This document shows, piece by piece, positions 34,507 through 36,426 of a stretch of DNA of 36,426 bases. The stretch comes from a virus. Its lineage: Duplodnaviria > Caudoviricetes. The notes beneath the pieces were generated by a model. The model had not been told where the DNA came from, made no database searches, and was given only the letters and a program-made list of their open reading frames with translations. Location: the IMG/VR virus record IMGVR_UViG_3300032272_000044, positions 1 through 36,426 of that record. One strand, written 5' to 3'. A program made the translations under genes and the position numbers. Numbering within the stretch: the stretch's first letter is position 1; the number at the start of each line of letters is the position of its first letter.

Positions 34507-36426
34507 TGGGCCTCTTAGATTTTGAACCACTCGACGGGCGTATCACAAAAGGCCCGCGCTCTACGTTCACCGAAACCCATATGGCGACGTTTGAACAGGA
34601 GCAACAGACAGGCGAGCTTTCGAGCTCTGCGACGTTTGAGAATGATGTTTGGAAGCCCCTGGACGATTTTCTGGGGGATGGCGGGCCGCTCCAGGGTGAA
34701 AACTCCCTTTCGGAGGAGATGGTAGACCGGCTTTTCGAGCAGGATTTTAGGCCAGACGACGCGCTGCTTGGCGACATGATCAAGGAGATGGACAGCCTCG
34801 GCATATCGTACCCGGAAACAATCCTGCCCGAGGCTCTTGGCCAACGGCGCGAGAGCGCTACGAGCACCTACGTTAACCAGGCAACGCAGCGCGGGCGCGT
34901 AATTGAGCGCGGCGGCTTCCTGGGCCAGCTCACAGGTGGGTTTTCATCGGGCTTTGATAACTTCGAAAGCGTTGTTACGCTACCGATAGGGGCCGCTGCC
35001 AGGACCGGAATGCTTATGACAGCGCTCATAGAGGGCGGCGTTAATGCTTTTACCGAGGCCGCGACCACGCCACAGCGCAATAAGTTCCTGACCGAGCTCG
35101 GGCTGCCAGAGGAGAGCTTGCTGCAAAATGCCCTGTTCGGCTTTGCCGTAGGTGGCACCCTTGGCGGCGCGATCAAGGGGGCTCAGCGTTTGCCTGGCGC
35201 TATTCGTGACAGGCGGACACGCCAGGAGGCCGCGAAAATCGGCGCCCAATCCAACAACCCGGCAACCAGGGCAACAGCTCTGGCTGTGACAAGAGACCTC
35301 CAGATGGAGGCGGATGCGCTTGCGAGCCCAAAAGGGCCAGAGCTCAGAGAGCACGTAGCGCGGGCCACAGAGGCGGTAGACGCTGCCAAGGAGGGCAGGC
35401 CACCAAATATACCGGACCGCCCGCTGGCTGTAGCGCCTCGCGTGGCTGAGGACGGTTCTACACTGCTGGACCCGCGCGAGCTGTTGGTGCAACCCGAGGT
35501 TTTCCAGTTCAAGAGCGACACGGTGGCGGCTGGCGGCGTGACCAGAAAGCTCCAGGACGTTAATGAGTGGGTGCCACATCGGGCAGGCGTGGCGATTGTG
35601 TATGAATATGCGGACGGGAGGCAGGCGATAGCGGACGGACACCAGCGCACGGCTCTTGCCAACCGCATTATGGAGCAAGACCCAAGCCAGGATATCAAGC
35701 TGAGGGCAGAGGTTTTCAGGGAGGCGGACGGTTTCACGGTCGAAGATATCCGCGTTTTGGCTGCCATGAAAAACATAGCCGAGGCAGCGGACGGAATGAC
35801 CGCGCGCATGTCCGGCGATGCCGCCAAGGTTTTGCGGCTCCGTCCTGACCTGGTTGACCAGCTGCCAGCTGGCCCAGGCATTGCCAGGGCGCGCAACCTC
35901 TCCCGGCTGTCAGATGATGCGTTTGATCTTTACATAAATCGCGTAATTGATGAGCGGTTTGCGGAACAAATCGGGCGCATGGTTGACAGCCCCTCCATGC
36001 ACTTGCCAATTGCCAGGTTGATAGAGCGCGTAAAGCCCGAGACCACGGCCCAAGCAGAGAGCGTTATCTCCCAGGCCCTGGAGGCTCCGACCTCGACAAC
36101 AAAAACAGCTGATCTTTTTGGCGAGAGCGAGGTGGTGGAAAGCCTGTACCTGGAGCAAGCCAAGGTGCTGGAGCGCTCCATGCAGATCATGCGGAACGAC
36201 CGCTCCGTATTTCAGACGCTGACAGACCAGGCGGAAAAAATCGAGGGCGCTGGAGCTAATCGCCTGGACAAGAAGACAAACGCAGACGCGCGTAAAGAAG
36301 TGGAAACTGCGCTGGCTGCCATTAAAACCCTGGCCCATAGGGCCGGCCCAATATCGGAGGCTCTGCGCGATGGTGCGAAAAACTACAAAGAGACCGGCAG
36401 GCTCAAAGACGCCGCTCAAAAAGTCG
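34506..36426 (+). CDS. N-terminal part of the 1107-aa ejection protein, with a ParB/Srx-like domain (runs off the end and continues at base 211)
   Basis: TAATG coupling at 34504-34508; I translated it stop-free to the end. FQFK...GVT.KL..V..W....AGV.IVYE..DG...IADGHQR at about 35500-35650. Confidence 0.85.
   Translation, partial: MGLLDFEPLDGRITKGPRSTFTETHMATFEQEQQTGELSSSATFENDVWKPLDDFLGDGGPLQGENSLSEEMVDRLFEQDFRPDDALLGDMIKEMDSLGISYPETILPEALGQRRESATSTYVNQATQRGRVIERGGFLGQLTGGFSSGFDNFESVVTLPIGAAARTGMLMTALIEGGVNAFTEAATTPQRNKFLTELGLPEESLLQNALFGFAVGGTLGGAIKGAQRLPGAIRDRRTRQEAAKIGAQSNNPATRATALAVTRDLQMEADALASPKGPELREHVARATEAVDAAKEGRPPNIPDRPLAVAPRVAEDGSTLLDPRELLVQPEVFQFKSDTVAAGGVTRKLQDVNEWVPHRAGVAIVYEYADGRQAIADGHQRTALANRIMEQDPSQDIKLRAEVFREADGFTVEDIRVLAAMKNIAEAADGMTARMSGDAAKVLRLRPDLVDQLPAGPGIARARNLSRLSDDAFDLYINRVIDERFAEQIGRMVDSPSMHLPIARLIERVKPETTAQAESVISQALEAPTSTTKTADLFGESEVVESLYLEQAKVLERSMQIMRNDRSVFQTLTDQAEKIEGAGANRLDKKTNADARKEVETALAAIKTLAHRAGPISEALRDGAKNYKETGRLKDAAQKV
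36217..36426. repeat. Terminal direct repeat, right copy
   Basis: Identical to 1-210 apart from one substitution. Confidence 0.97.

Noticed and set aside
1-36426. Alternative genetic code / stop-codon reassignment
   Set aside because: Genes tile densely in the standard code, and TAA, TAG and TGA all serve as coupled stops.

Overview
This window appears to be a complete, circularly assembled ~36,216-bp dsDNA phage genome: bases 1-210 repeat at 36217-36426 with one synonymous mismatch. Virion genes are podovirus-like (T7/BPP-1/epsilon15 style): portal, scaffold, major capsid, tail adaptor and nozzle, four ejection proteins and a multi-gene fibre cluster. They are followed by a holin / M15 endolysin / Rz-Rz1 lysis cassette. 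Replication and recombination are lambdoid: a leftward early operon (RecE-like exonuclease, Sak4-like ATPase, HNH nuclease) and a rightward operon (O-like initiator with internal iterons, TerS, TerL, VRR-NUC). I recognised no integrase, repressor, DNA polymerase or RNA polymerase. The host is probably an alphaproteobacterium, since GANTC is absent wherever I scanned. The two most striking observations are (1) a 1107-aa ejection-module protein, split across the assembly junction and only partly shown in the ORF track, fusing a ParB/Srx-like domain to a zeta-toxin-like P-loop kinase, and (2) a ~185-nt tRNA-like structured RNA with its own consensus sigma70 promoter, convergent with terL. All product calls come from motif recognition by eye, not database searches.
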